From Spirogloea muscicola (lineage: Eukaryota), in the NCBI GenBank assembly GCA_009602725.1, contig WELB01000004.1, positions 183,647 to 247,646 of the forward strand: a stretch of DNA of 64,000 nucleotides, in the 5' to 3' direction. Position 1 is the first letter of the stretch. Every line of letters begins with the position of its first letter. A model generated the notes under the pieces. The model was not told the DNA's origin, ran no database searches, and saw nothing but the letters and a program-made list of their open reading frames with translations. This document shows positions 40,301 through 53,151 of the stretch, piece by piece. The translations under genes were made by a program, and so were the position numbers.

Positions 40301-43300
40301 GGGGCTAGGGACCTCAGTCTGAGTGCATTCTGATCGTTGCCAAATGAAAGGTTGTCATCTGAGACTCTCCTGTCAGAGGCGTTGCTCAACTCCGAAGCCT
40401 GGCGGGAGAGCTCCCCCGCCACGTGTACAGCAGTTGACATGGCAGCTGCAGTGATCGGAACCTGAAGGGAGGTGATGTCTGCGTTGTGGGCCGCAGCTAC
40501 CATGGAGGAGGCCACCATGGCAGCTGTGGCAGCGACAGCCGCGGCGGACACGGGCAGGTTCGACAGGCTGGAGGTGGCAATGCTGGTGAGGCTTGACAAG
40601 GGGACAGAGGAGCCGTTGGAAGCCACGCTCTGTGGTGTCATCTCCAAGGGGTGCGCGCTTCCGAGTCCAGCGACTGGATCGAGCTTCCTGTCTCGCAAGC
40701 GCGGTGAGACGGGTATCTCTGATGCTGCAGGCCTGCCAGGCCCCTCCGAAGCAATCTCCTCTGATTCCCTGCGGTGCCCATCACTCGTCCCCGCCACATT
40801 CTCGACGCGCCAGATTGCAGCTAGGGGGTCTTTCGTACTGCCAGGCCCTTGGGAAGCAGTGGCTTCAGGTTCCTGTCAAGTTTGAGCATCCGCCACTTGA
40901 GCGTTGAGGTCAACATATTTCATGCAAGAGGTGGATGCTGCAAGCACAGGCAACAGCTGGGAAGCCGGCAGGGCTGATAGAGCGTTGCGGAAGTGTATCA
41001 GCTAAGCCTTGTTAGTATTGTCAGAACAACCAAGTAGCCAAGCTGTGCTGCGCTCAAATGCCATGCCATGGGAAAACGCAATGGCAAGGCCTATCCACTC
41101 TGAGAGACAATGTAACTTGACTGAAGGAGACACAAAGCGCGCAGTTGAATTGCAAAGCTCACCTTCCTTTCTTGCAAATGGATGGATTCTTCGTGAGGAG
41201 CAGCCATTTGCTTCTGTGACTGCCCATTTGGGTTATGCCTCCTCTGGAATGGGGTGGGGCTCAGCGGGCACGCCTTCTCGCTGCCCCTGTAGGCCCGTCC
41301 CAGGTCCAGTGAGCCCCCAGCATGGTCATCCTCTGGCCCAGATGTACCTGGCACCTCCTCCGATTCCATGTGCGTCCTCTGTCCTAAAATCCCAGGGATC
41401 TCCACAGCCGCAGCAACGGCTCCAGCCTCTTGTGGCTGCTCATGACCGCCTGCTTTGCTTGGAGCTTGGACTGGGATATCGTTTGGCACTTGATGGGGCC
41501 TACCCAAGGCCGCATCAACGAGGGAGGGTCCAGCAGGTTGCCCAGCAACTGTTAACATGAATTCCCTGCTACTGCTGCGTACTCGATGGTTGTTGTTGTT
41601 GTCATCCTTCGTATCAGCGAGCAGGGGTGGTGCAGGAGGTACATGGAGGTTGGTCAACTCCACGGGTATGAGAGCGCCTGGTGCTGCCATGACGTCTATG
41701 AAGTACTCCTTGTTGTCCTCGTCCAAGATGAGGTTAACAGCCCCCTCATCAGCGCCCGTGTAAACTCGCCCGCGCAATAGGCGACACGGGAGCCCTACTC
41801 TGTCAGCCAGCACCTGTCCAGGAGAAGGCCAGTTTTCATCACAGGTTGATGGTCATGAGTCAAGACAACAGTCAGCTGCTCGGTACAAGTTCACATTGAA
41901 TTCTGTCTGATGCTGTCAATGAGCTTCATTCAAGAAAAGTTATAATGTTCCAAGCTTGCTTGAAAGATAGTCAAGCATGCAAGAGCAAATTATCAACACT
42001 TACAAGCCTCATCAGGCTAAAGCCGCACCTTGAAAAGCAAAGCCCTATGCCTTACAAGCCCCATTCGCAGGGCACCAAGAGGAAGAATGAGTGTGCGCCG
42101 GCGGCACTTGAGCTCCCAGCTGCTTGCTTGCCACGATGGCAGCAGGTCGCCATCGGACACTGCCGCCCCTCCCAGGTGGCCTGCTACGCAGATAGCCAAC
42201 TGCTCAGCTATCCTGCCCCTTGTGGAATGGCCACCCTGGCTGCCCACCTGTGCCCTCTTGCAAGCATTTGCAGCGAGCACAGAGGCTGCGGCCTCCAGGT
42301 TCGCCAGGTCGGGATCGGCGAGCCTGTTAACAAGGACAACTTCTATGGTGATTGTGGAGCTTAGCGGTAGGGACTGCAGCTCGGCCAAAGACGGCATACG
42401 GCCGACGGCATTGCCGTATGGCGAGATGCCCCAGATGACGTAAAAGCCGTCAACTACACGCTCGTTGCAGTTGAGGACCTTGTGCACCTGAGCAGCAATG
42501 CAAGAGTGCAAGTTAGTCTCCAGCCAAGCCCAGGCAAACAGCTAGTGTGCTCTGTATACACAGTCTGTCCAACACGCTTCAACGGACGTGACACGCAGCC
42601 ATGCAGCTCATCAAAATCTAGTCTGTGGCGACTCCGCCGGAGCTACCTGATATTTATACAGCGACCCATTTGACTGTTCATCAAAGCCACATACCCAATA
42701 TCTGTTGGACGAATCCACCGCTGAATCGGCTTGCACAGCATCCTCAAAGCCCAGAGACGCCCTCTTTGCAGCTTCCACCTCCAAGGACTCCCAGGACTCC
42801 TGGCTTAGAACCATACTTGACGCACTGATGGCCATGGCAAGCTGCAAATGGTTGCAAGCATCTTTTAGTGTTGTCCTGTTCATAAGAACTTGTGCGAAAT
42901 TGGATCACGCCACCATAACAATATTCGGCCCGGCAGCAACAGATTCCCAGCAGGATTATCCTCTTCTTGGAGCCTCCTCTTTGCACAACGAGACGGAGGA
43001 TGGTGAAGGCCGGTTGGCCAGAGCTGAGCCAGCATCTGAGGGAAAGACTGTCAGTGGCAACGATGCCTTACCTGCAGTTGGAAATGCTCCTCCTCCAAGT
43101 CCCTCTGCCTGTCCAAGTTGACAGCCATGGATAAATCTGCCGTAGCGTCCGAGACGGCGGGTCTGCCTGGGCCAGAACCCCGACGGCTGTCATCAATGCC
43201 CGGTGTTTGTTGATGGAGCCCTCCGCTGCTGAAGTCACTGGCAGCCTCAGTGACTTCCTCACCGACTTCCTGGTCAGCGCGACCACCGGAGTCTTCAACA

Positions 43301-43599
43301 GATTGGCACAAGCCATTCGTTTCCCGAGCGTCCGCTTTGGCTTCTCGCGCGTCCGCTTGAGCAGCGGGTGGCCTGCCGCTGCACATGCCGGAGTTGAGGT
43401 CGACGTCCGGTGCCAGAGCGCCTGAGGAGGAGGAGGCCTCGGCAGCCCCCGCCGGCAGCTTCCAGCGGGGGCTGCCCCTGGGGGACGGCGAGGCGTCCCT
43501 GCTCCTGGGCGGGGACTGCGACGCGTCCGAGGCGACGGAGGAGCAGGCGCCGTCGTCCGCGGCGCTGGCCAGGTGCAGCCGCCGGAAGAGGCTCCTCAT
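37344..43599 (-). CDS. Raf-like MAPKKK group B3 (EDR1/CTR1-like)
   Basis: [10 protein letters not shown] start; [19 protein letters not shown]1 domain [26 protein letters not shown]; kinase motifs [65 protein letters not shown]. Confidence 0.93.
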
Positions 43600-44216
43600 C
43601 TGGAGCAGCCCGGCCGCCGCGCCCGGAGCTCACGGCGGCCGCGCGCAGGCGGCGTCTGCGAGCGGCCCCGGGGCGGCGGGCGAGGGATTCACCACCCCAA
43701 TCGGTGAGCGAATGCCGCCCCGGTGGCCAGAGCCCGGACGCTCGGGAGTACCGCAGTGCTGGCCGTGGCGTGATGCGGGCGCCCGACGTCGGGACCGTCC
43801 GGACGGACGATCCCGCGGGCGGGCGGCTTCCCGCACCGAAAAGCGTGCCCGCCCCGGGCCGGCCCGGCCCGGCCCGGCCCTTGACGGTCGCGGCCCCGGT
43901 CAGGCGGTGCCGGCGCCTGACGGCGGCAGCTTACACGCCGTGCCGTTAGCGAAGGTTTAGGGCATTGTTCCCGCAGTCCCCACTGCTCAGAGCGCGGGGG
44001 TTTTGGCGCGTCGTCCGCCGCGAACGCCGCCGCCGCTGCAGCAGCCGCCGCCGCCGCCGCCGCGGAAAGCTGCGCCGGTCGCTGCGCCGACGCCGGGAGG
44101 CCCGCCCCTGCACCTGCGGCGACGGCCGATGGCGGCGCCCTGAGGCAGTGGCTCCGCCGGGCAGCACCCCCGGCCCGGCCACAGCCGTCGCTGCGAGGCG
44201 GCCGCCCGCCGCCGCA
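43600..44216. promoter_or_regulatory. GC-rich bidirectional promoter region between the EDR1-like and PRP19 genes
   Basis: Divergent ATGs about 620 bp apart; (GGCCC)n run at about 43857-43880 (site II-like) and TTTAGGG at about 43956. Confidence 0.5.
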
Positions 44217-47200
44217 ATGTTCTGCGCGAGTAAGCTACAGGAGCCGATGGCGGCCCGGCTGCCATGACTGTCTAGTGCCCTGCACCCCACGGGCTTAGCT
44301 TGAGATCCCGATCTTGCTCTCTTGGGAGCCTTGCGCCAGCTTCCACAGCAGCACGGCCGACGGCTGCGACGCCCGCTACGCCAGTTCCTGTGCCGCTGTC
44401 AAGCGCACCAGCTGTGCATGGGTGCTGCGACACCCAGCCAGAAGCCACGATTGATCAGCGCTACGCCGTGGGCGCCATGGCCGGCGGCCAGCCATATAGT
44501 GCGCCCTGCTTGTTGCAGGGCTAGCTGGCACTGGCTGCATGGCCTCAGACATCCTGCTGCACGCTTCTGGGTTGTTCTGCATAGCAACTGCTTCGCAGTA
44601 CCAGCCTCCAGCGTGCTGAGGCGCAGGATAGCGCATGTGTGACCAGCCTGCCGCTTGTCTCACGACCTTACTGCGCCTTGTGCTGAGCCGCTCCTCGCGC
44701 TCGATGCTGTTCCCACAGTTTCTGGCGTCTCTCCGGAGGACCCCGTGGTGTCGAAGAAGTCGGGCCTGCTCTTCGAGAAGCGGCTCGTGCAGCAGTACAT
44801 TGCGGTGAGCACTGTGGCTGCCAGTGACGGAGATGGGGATTGTGGGGGCGTTAGGTGATCGTTGTGGACCTGACCACCATGGCTGGCATCAAGGGGGGTG
44901 CCATTTGCAAGGGCTGACGGAGTTAATACCACCAATTAGTCTATGCCTTCAGGGACGGGCTCAGCTCAGGAGCTCTGCAGACATGGCACTTGCTCGTGTC
45001 CTTCTGGTGTAGAGGTATCTCTGGCAACCCCTCCTCTCGCTCACAAAGTGTGCAAGTCTGGGGGCCGGCAGGAGCATGGCTCGGACCCGGTCACCGGAGT
45101 GCCCTTGGCGGAAGATGACCTCCTGCCCATCAAGTCCAACAAGGTGCGCACGCCGACGCCTTTTTAAGTCGCTCAGACTGACCTTCCACTGGCTGGAAGC
45201 AATCTTGCTCTCGCTCTTGTATGCTCAAAGTGCAATGCCTGGGCATAATTGAGAACAGGACAGACTGTGCAGCAGTGTGTTACTTGCTGGGCTGGCAGCT
45301 CATGATGCAGTCTTTTGCAGCTTAGTCACTAATACGCGTTGGACACTGAAAATGTAACAAGGTGCAATTGGCCACTGACTGGATGATCGTGTGCTGATCG
45401 GTGGCACTTAGCCTCCATGTGCACTGACACTCAACTCCCTGACTTTCCATTGCTCTCCACACCATAATTGCCTGCAGGCTGTAAAGCCTCGGCCTTTGCA
45501 AGCAGCCAGCATCCCCGGCATGCTACACATTTTCCAGAATGTGAGTGCCAAACAGCCAGCTCATTGAGGCTTATATCAGTCTGCAGGCAAAAGCAACGGG
45601 TGCGTCCAGGTGGGTGCGTCCAGGTAGATGCCACTTGTTGTTATATATTGAGAAAAATCATGTTGAGGTTAGTCTTGAGCAGCATGATTACAGTCGGGGA
45701 CAAGGTCTGTCAATGGACGATTCACACTGCTGTATGCTGGGAGTGCTTGCTGTGACCAGCTCGTCCTGAATAATGAAGTTGCAACAATGACTTCCTCGCA
45801 AAACAAGTCTCTCATAGGCCAGCTTGCACCTCTATCTTGGACAGGAGTGGGATTCACATGTCCTTGGAAGTTACGCTCTGGAGCAGCAGCTGCACACAGT
45901 CCGGCAAGAGCTCTCGCATGCGCTCTATCAGGCACGTGTACCAAGCTACATTGGTTGAAAGACAAGGCCTTTCTTGTTTCTAACCTGGCCTCCATTTGGC
46001 TGTCTAGATGTTACTGTTCAAGGCATAGTCTCTTCAATGCTCAGGTAGTCTTTGACTCGGCTCACCTCATATGTGCACTGCTTGTTGTCCAGCATGATGC
46101 GGCATGCCGTGTGATCGCCCGCTTGAAAAAGGAAAGGGATGAAGCCCGGGCGCTGCTGTCGGCAAATGCGCATGTTGCCTTTGATGCTCAGCCTGTCCCA
46201 ATGATTGCAGCAAATGGGAAGCGAGGTTTGTACCTAAGGTTGCAATGGGACCTGTGCTTAAGCACATTACGGACAGCATGGCCTGCAAACTTGGAGCTTC
46301 ATTGTAAAGACAAGCAAAGCTTGAAGTATGATTCACGCTTCTCAGCCTCATCAACTTTCTTGTGGCTGGCAGAGGTGGACGATGAGGTGATGCGAGATGG
46401 AGATGTAGCTGCTAAGAAACCACAGGGCGGCATTACAGAGGAGATCGTAGCTGCATTGACAGACTGCAATGCTCGTCTGTCCAGTGCACGGAAGAAGCGG
46501 CAGGTGACTAGCTCGTCTTGCTGTTCTTTCTGATCGACCTGCCGTCCTCGCTTGTGACCCTCGATGACTATTTCCATTGCGTTTGTAAGTAGCTTGCTGA
46601 AGTAAAGCCCCTTGCTTTTCTTGGCAGATACCTGCCACCTTGGCAGCTCCAGAAGCCCTGGAGGCTTTCACCCAGCTGTCGAGTCACCCGCTGCACAAGA
46701 CGAACAAGCCTGGCATCCTCTCGCTGGACATCGATGCCACCAAGGACCTCATCCTCACAGGCGGGATCGACAGCTCCGCGGTTGTCTTTGACAGAGCATC
46801 AGGGGAGATCAAGGCCTCTCTGGCAGGACACACTAAGCGGGTGACCATCCTCAATCTACCTGTTCCTGTTTGAGTCACATGTGTGTTACAGGGACTTGAA
46901 AGTCTGCACCAGCTGGATTGTAACTTGGGTCTGACAATGCCGCAGATGCTTGTGTATTGACAGGTCACGAGTGTCAGGTTCGTACCGGAGAAAGAGTACC
47001 TTCTTACAGCCTCAGCAGATAAGGTGAGTGCCAGCTATTGTCTAATATTCGAAAAGTAGGTGCAGTCTTGCAAGTTGTAAGCAGACATGCAAGTGGTATA
47101 GATTGTTGTTTGAAGTCCCGTGCCTGGCTGCATTTAGAGCTGCTCACCTTGGGTCCTTGCAGACAGTCCGCATCTGGAAAGAGGGTGAGGAAGGTGCCTA

Positions 47201-49138
47201 CGAGTGCAAGCACGTCTTGACTGAGCACACAGCAGAGGTGACTTTGCTTGCAATAATGTGCATTTTGTCAAGCGTGTATTGATGCAGTAGGTTAGGAAGT
47301 CTTGTGTTGGGGCTGACTTTGCTCCACTTGCCTGGCTGACAGCCTACCTCTTTCTATTGGTCCAGGTTAAATCCTGCACTGTCCATGCCACCAATGATTA
47401 CTTTGTCAGCGTTTCCGCCGATCGGTCTTGGTGCTTCTACGAGGTTCAAAGCGGCCTCTGCCTGACGCAGGTATGCTTCTAAAGCCAAAGCACGCTGTCA
47501 ATGTTTTCTCTGAGCTTCGCACCACCTTACATGCTTTATAGCATCCTTCCATCTCATAGATTAGCTAAGGAGGTTCTGATGTATACAGCAAAGTGGAGGA
47601 TGACTGCATGCTCGTACACCTCTCTGTCCTGCTTCGGATGCAAGAGTTGACATTCATGACTTTGCAGGTCATGGACCCGACAGTGGAGGATGCATACACT
47701 GTGGCAGCATTCCACCCTGATGGCCTTATACTGGGCACGGGCACCGCTGAATCTGCTGTGCGCATCTGGGACGTCAAGAACCAGGTTTTTTATCTCCTGC
47801 TACCTTCGGGGTCAAAATGAGAATCTGGGCATGTGTTAAATTTGTGGATGCACCAGCCAGTGACCCTCCTCATGACCTCTGGCAAACGTGTCACTTAGGC
47901 ATAGCTTCACTGCGTGCAGGAGCATCTTGCCAAGTTTGAGGGCCACTCGGGTCCCGTGACAGGCATGTCGTTCTCTGAGAATGGCTATTTCCTTGCGGTA
48001 AGCGTTCTGGCTGGGATGTCAGATCGGATCACATTTTTCCTAATTGTAAACAAACATATTGGCCTAATTTCATGCAAGCATAAGATTGACAACATTCAAC
48101 ACACCTGGATTGCAATTAAACCTTCAGTGACAATTCTTGGGTTACCTCGCTTGTCATTGGCAGACTGCTGCCATGGATGGTGTCAAGTTGTGGGACTTGC
48201 GGAAGCTCCGTAATTTCCGCTCATTTGCTCCATATGACGCCAATACACCTACCAATGCAGGTGAGCAGCCTGAAAAAGATCATTTGTTGTTCCAAGTCTG
48301 ATTGCTTTTATCTCAGTGCAAGTGATATTCTCTAAGAAGCACAGCTTGCTATGAAGGCACAAATGACAAGTCCCGTTCAGAAGACCTAGGCCTCGAAGTA
48401 TGTCATTGGCTGTCTTATACTCTACTGACTTGGACGTTGTTGGTACTGCAGTTGCATTCGACCACAGTGGCAGTTACCTTGCTATAGCCGGTGCCGACAT
48501 CAGGTACTGGTATCTTTGGAGTCTGTGACTTACTGACAAGAAGTTCTTGAATACACTTTGAGTGACTTCTATCAACCCCAAATGCTAGAAGCTCATCATT
48601 GTCACCGTGGCTCATTGCAGGATCTACCAAGTGGGTACTGTCAAGCAGGAATGGAATGTCATCAAAACCATTCCTGACTTATCAGGAACAGGTGTGCAGG
48701 CTTGCATTGACTCTTGAGTGAGGCTTGCAGAGTATAGTGGATGTAGATTTTAGACTAGTACCTGTAAGAGCTGGCAACTGCATGTGCATTTTCAATATTG
48801 GAATATTATCAGTGTATCTTGTGTCTGCCACTACTTTTATCACGTAGAGCTTGTAGCAGAGCCCATGAAGCAGTGCTTCATGGTTTCCATATTGCACATT
48901 TAGCACTTCTGTCACATGAGCTGTCTATAACCACTTCCATCAGAAGGTTGGCTACTCACCTTGACTTCGCTGCTCCCTGGCTTTTGTCTAGGGCTGGTAA
49001 TTGATGTGTCTCTGGCTTTCTGCAGGGGTGGTGACTGATATCAAGTTTGGACCAAATGCGAGCTACTTAGCCGTGGCAACCAAGGATCGCAATCTCCGGC
49101 TCCTCGGCAGCACAAGCACGCAAGCAGCGGAGTCCTGA
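44217..49138 (+). CDS. PRP19: Pre-mRNA processing factor 19 (U-box, coiled coil, WD40)
   Basis: [99 protein letters not shown]. Confidence 0.96.
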
Positions 49139-50089
49139 CAAACTTGCTCCTTCATTCTCCACCCTGCATGGCTCCGCCATGCTTGCCCTTGGTCTGTGCT
49201 GTGGTAGCCGTCCATGTTGCAGATAGCTTTCCGGCTTATGGTTAGCCGTTCACAATTATCTGTTGTGGGAAACGGAGGCAGAGGTAGAAGTAGGAACCAG
49301 GGGAGTTATTCCCATGCGCAACTTTGCCGCCGCCTGAGCATTTGGAGAAGCTTGACCTAGCACGAAGCAGATTAACGGGGTCCTTGCTTGTGAGTATGTT
49401 GGTTAGAAGTTGCTCACCTTTGTCTATGTATGTCAGAAGCTGCTCTCATTGGTCATGAGTGAAACTCAGGCATCATAAAGAGGAGGGATGCCTTGGTGTT
49501 GTGCAATAATTTGTCTGCATGATGAAGGCACTAAATAGCACAAGGAGACACCATCATGTCAGCTTACAACAGCACCAGGGCTGGCGATGACAGGCCTACC
49601 ATGCATGACTGCAGGTAGCCATGCACGGTGTCATGGCATTGGCCAGCAATTTGTAGCATGAGCTACAACAAAATGTCAACCATCTCAAGCCACACACTCC
49701 CCTTGACACGCCTGTGTTCTCACTTGAAGGCACGGCACGCAGTAGCTAATGCCGCCCAGGATAAGAATGGAAGTGGCTCTCCCCAGAAAGTGGCTCTCCT
49801 GCCCGGAAAAAGGTGTTGAAGTATGCCGGCTATCCCGTGGAGGATGAGTTCGTCCAACTTGCAGTCAAATTCATGGGGCGTTCAGGTGGATGGACCTTCT
49901 GCAGCCGCTCGAGCAGTGTCGTGATAGCATGGGCAGCATAAGGAGCAGCCAGGACTGAGGGCCGTGAGCTCGCTGGTGCTTGTGTATCGTATGTATCTGT
50001 ACATCTTGCTGCAGCGACCTCTAGCAAATTGCCATGCCAGCTGCGAGCTGGCCATACCCTGACTGGCGCCTCAGCCTATCAATGGGATT

Positions 50090-50810
50090 CTGTGCCTCTT
50101 GGCCCCTTCTGACCTTGTTCATTCCTTCTTCAGACTGGCCTTTCAACCATCCCCCTTCTTTGGGATAATCCTCTGCATTAGCTAGAGCTCATTTACCCCT
50201 TGTGGGCCAATGCCCTTCTGAGAAAAGCAGTTCCTCTTCTTTGGGCTGGCATTTGAAGTCCATCTCCCCCTTGGTGAAGAGAGGCTTCTCTCTTTTCCCA
50301 CCTGCTATACCTATACATTCCGATTCGAAGCAACTGAGTACAGCTGATCTCGTGGCCATCAGTTGTAGCCATTGCTTTGCTGAGTGCTTAGCGCTTTCCA
50401 GCCTTTGGACCTTGTCCTTTGGGCTGGCCTCTCACAGCCCTCGCCTCACGCGCCTCGCTTACGTTCTGTGAGTAGTCAGCCCCCACAAGACAGTGAATCA
50501 GGCACAAGACAACGAATGAGGTGCTGAGGAGCGGGAAAGGTCAAGACCACAAAGGAAGCCCGCTCAACACTCACAACAAGGGGCTCTCCCAAAAGCGGGC
50601 GTGGGCTGTGAAAAGCCAGCCCAAAAAGAGAGAGAGAAGAAGAAAAGGACAGGGCAAGGTCGAAGGGCCCAAAAGCGCCTGAACACACGACGACTGAGCA
50701 AGTGCCACGGAGGATGAGCGTGGAGACGCTTCCACAGCACAGAGCGATGGCTGTGAGTGGCCAGCCAAGGAAGATGGTCACTTTGTAACCTCTCGTTACG
50801 CAGTCATAGA
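50090..50810. mobile_element. Short CRE-like 3' tail remnants upstream of NF-YB
   Basis: GGGCTGGC motifs at about 50243 and 50421 (+) and 50600-50623 and 50745-50766 (-); a TRGY-like end near 50785 (-). Confidence 0.55.
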
Positions 50811-51123
50811 AGGGTCGCGTCGGCCTCACGAGCAGGAGAACGCCGTCGGCGAGACGGGACGGCGGCGGGCGGGCCCCCAGCCCCGCGCCGCCGTGAGCAC
50901 GTGACGCGGTGGTGCCACGTCGGCGCGGCGGGGGGGGCGGGCGCGGGTTCGAACCGCGGCGGCGCCGCTCCGCCTCCGTGCTTTTCCGCCGCGGCCGCCG
51001 CCTCCCTCCTCCCGGGCGGCGCAGTCCCGTCCCCTCCAACCATTTATAGCTGTTACCAGAACGCTGCCTTTTGGGGGACTCCCCCCTTCCCTTTGTCCGC
51101 CACTCCTCCCTCCTCCCTGGCAG

Positions 51124-51126
<3 letters not shown>

Positions 51127-51171
<45 letters not shown>

Positions 51172-51180
51172 CCCCCCCCC

Positions 51181-51221
<41 letters not shown>

Positions 51222-51313
51222 NNNNNNNNNNNNNNNNNNNNNNNNNNNNNNNNNNNNNNNNNNNNNNNNNNNNNNNNNNNNNNNNNNNNNNNNNNNNNNN
51301 NNNNNNNNNNNNN
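51127..51313. other. Poly-C run followed by an assembly gap
   Basis: About 95 bp of near-pure C, then n; probably unreliable contig-end sequence. Confidence 0.9.
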
Positions 51314-52391
51314 CACGGAGGCGCACGAGGAGGACTCGGGCGGCGAGCACACGGGCGGCGGCGCCGGCGGCGGCTCCGGCGGGCATGGCGAGGGCGGCGG
51401 CGTGCGCGAGCAGGACCGGCTGCTGCCCATCGCCAACGTCGGGCGCGTCATGAAGCGCGTCCTGCCGCCCACCGCCAAAATCTCCAAGGAGGCCAAGGAG
51501 ACCGTCCAGGAGTGCGTCTCCGAGTTCATCAGGTCCTCCGCCGCAGCCGGCCACGGAGCCCAGGCAGCGCAAGGGTGGCGGACTGGCGACGCCCGTTAGG
51601 AGCAGCGGCAGACGGAAAATCACTGGCATGCTGCGAAGTCGCTGTACTGCAGCTAGCACTAGTTGTGCCACAGCACCACTGAAGATACTTCCCCTCCTTG
51701 TGCTGCTGCGGCTGACACTGCAGCTTCATCACGGGCGAGGCGAGCGACAAGTGCCACCGGGAGAAGCGCAAGACGGTGAACGGCGACGACCTCATCTGGG
51801 CGATGAGCACGCTGGGGTTTGACGACTACATCGAGCCGCTCAAGCTGTACCTGCAGCGCTACCGCGAGAGCGAGGGCGAGAAGGCGCTGCTTGCCAAGGC
51901 TGGCGAGGGCTCGGACGCCGGCGCCCGAGCTGCGGGCGACGACGGCCGGGGGTCAGCGGGTGCTGGCGCGGGGGGCACGCCCCCTGCCTCCTCCCAGGTG
52001 CGACGCCTTGTGCCACCACGCCCAATGGCTCTGTTTTTCAGAGCCAGCCTTGCAAAGCGCCAACTGTCCTGCAGCTCATTGTCTTTGCCGGCAGCCATGG
52101 GCTGCTCGCTGACTGCAGCTCAAAGTCTGCTTGGTTCGATTGTGGCGACACACTTGGAGCGTTGCGCATGCGCTGTGGCAAGGTGCATGGGCTGCGCTCA
52201 TGCTCCTGATAGTAGGTGCCAGTGTTGGTGGCTGCTGGCAGGGAGCTGGGCAGTATGGTGCTTCGCAGTATGGACAGTACGGGCTGCCGCCAGGCATGGT
52301 GTACGCGCCATCACAGATGATGGTATCTGGTGGCTACCAATCCATGCCACATTCCCAGAGTGCCACACCACCGGGAAGTGGTGCGTCGTAA
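51314..52391 (+). CDS. NF-YB: Nuclear factor Y subunit B (non-LEC1 type); start in gap
   Basis: [86 protein letters not shown]. Confidence 0.95.
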
Positions 52392-53151
52392 GGGTGGGGC
52401 ATCCGTCAACACGTCAGCAATGGGCAACGCTCGTCCCCCTTCGTAGGGCTGCTGTTGCTGTCTGCAATATTCTTGGCCGGTCATGAGCAGGCGCCCAAGC
52501 ACAAAGAGAGGGGCCATGTGGGCACAGCATCCTGACACTGGAGCCATTGCCTGTTGCCGGCTTCCTGGGAGCAGCACATGAGCTGCTTTCTTTGGGCTTT
52601 TGGAGCTGCAGTTGCAACAGCCACAGAGGAACTGTGTGCGCAATCGCTTCCACATTGCTGCCTTGAATTGTAATTTGTAGACCATTGCATAGAGAGCTGT
52701 GGAGAGAGTGGGGGTTCCCGAGAGAGACAGGAGCAAAGGAACATATGGGACCCTACTGCGCCACACTTCTGCTGCAATTTGGCTGCAACCTCTCTGCCGG
52801 CTAGTGCACTAAGTTCATACATGGTCAGGGATGGTGGATGATGCAGCAATCAGCTGCATGCAGTAAGATGTCATTGACGCATCTGCTACTTTGCCAGTAC
52901 CTTCACTGTGTTGTGCAAATGGACCTTCCTCAGGGTGAGTAAATTGCAATTGGCCCCTGACCTGAAATGCAGGTGCTGACAATCCAGAGACGAGAGCAGT
53001 CCACATGGCCAAGCTGGCTCTTCGATGAGTGACTAATAGTCGACTTAAGCCAGGGAGGTCAAGTCACCTGGCTGCTGCTGCTTTATGATGGAGTGGGGCT
53101 GTTGGTACAAGAGAGTGTTGTATACAGTGGATTTGTAGAGGCGGCTCAGTC

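Noticed and set aside
51314..52391. NF-YB as LEC1-type
   Set aside because: It has AKISKEAK (Lys) rather than the LEC1-diagnostic Asp, and the non-LEC1 LPIANV context.
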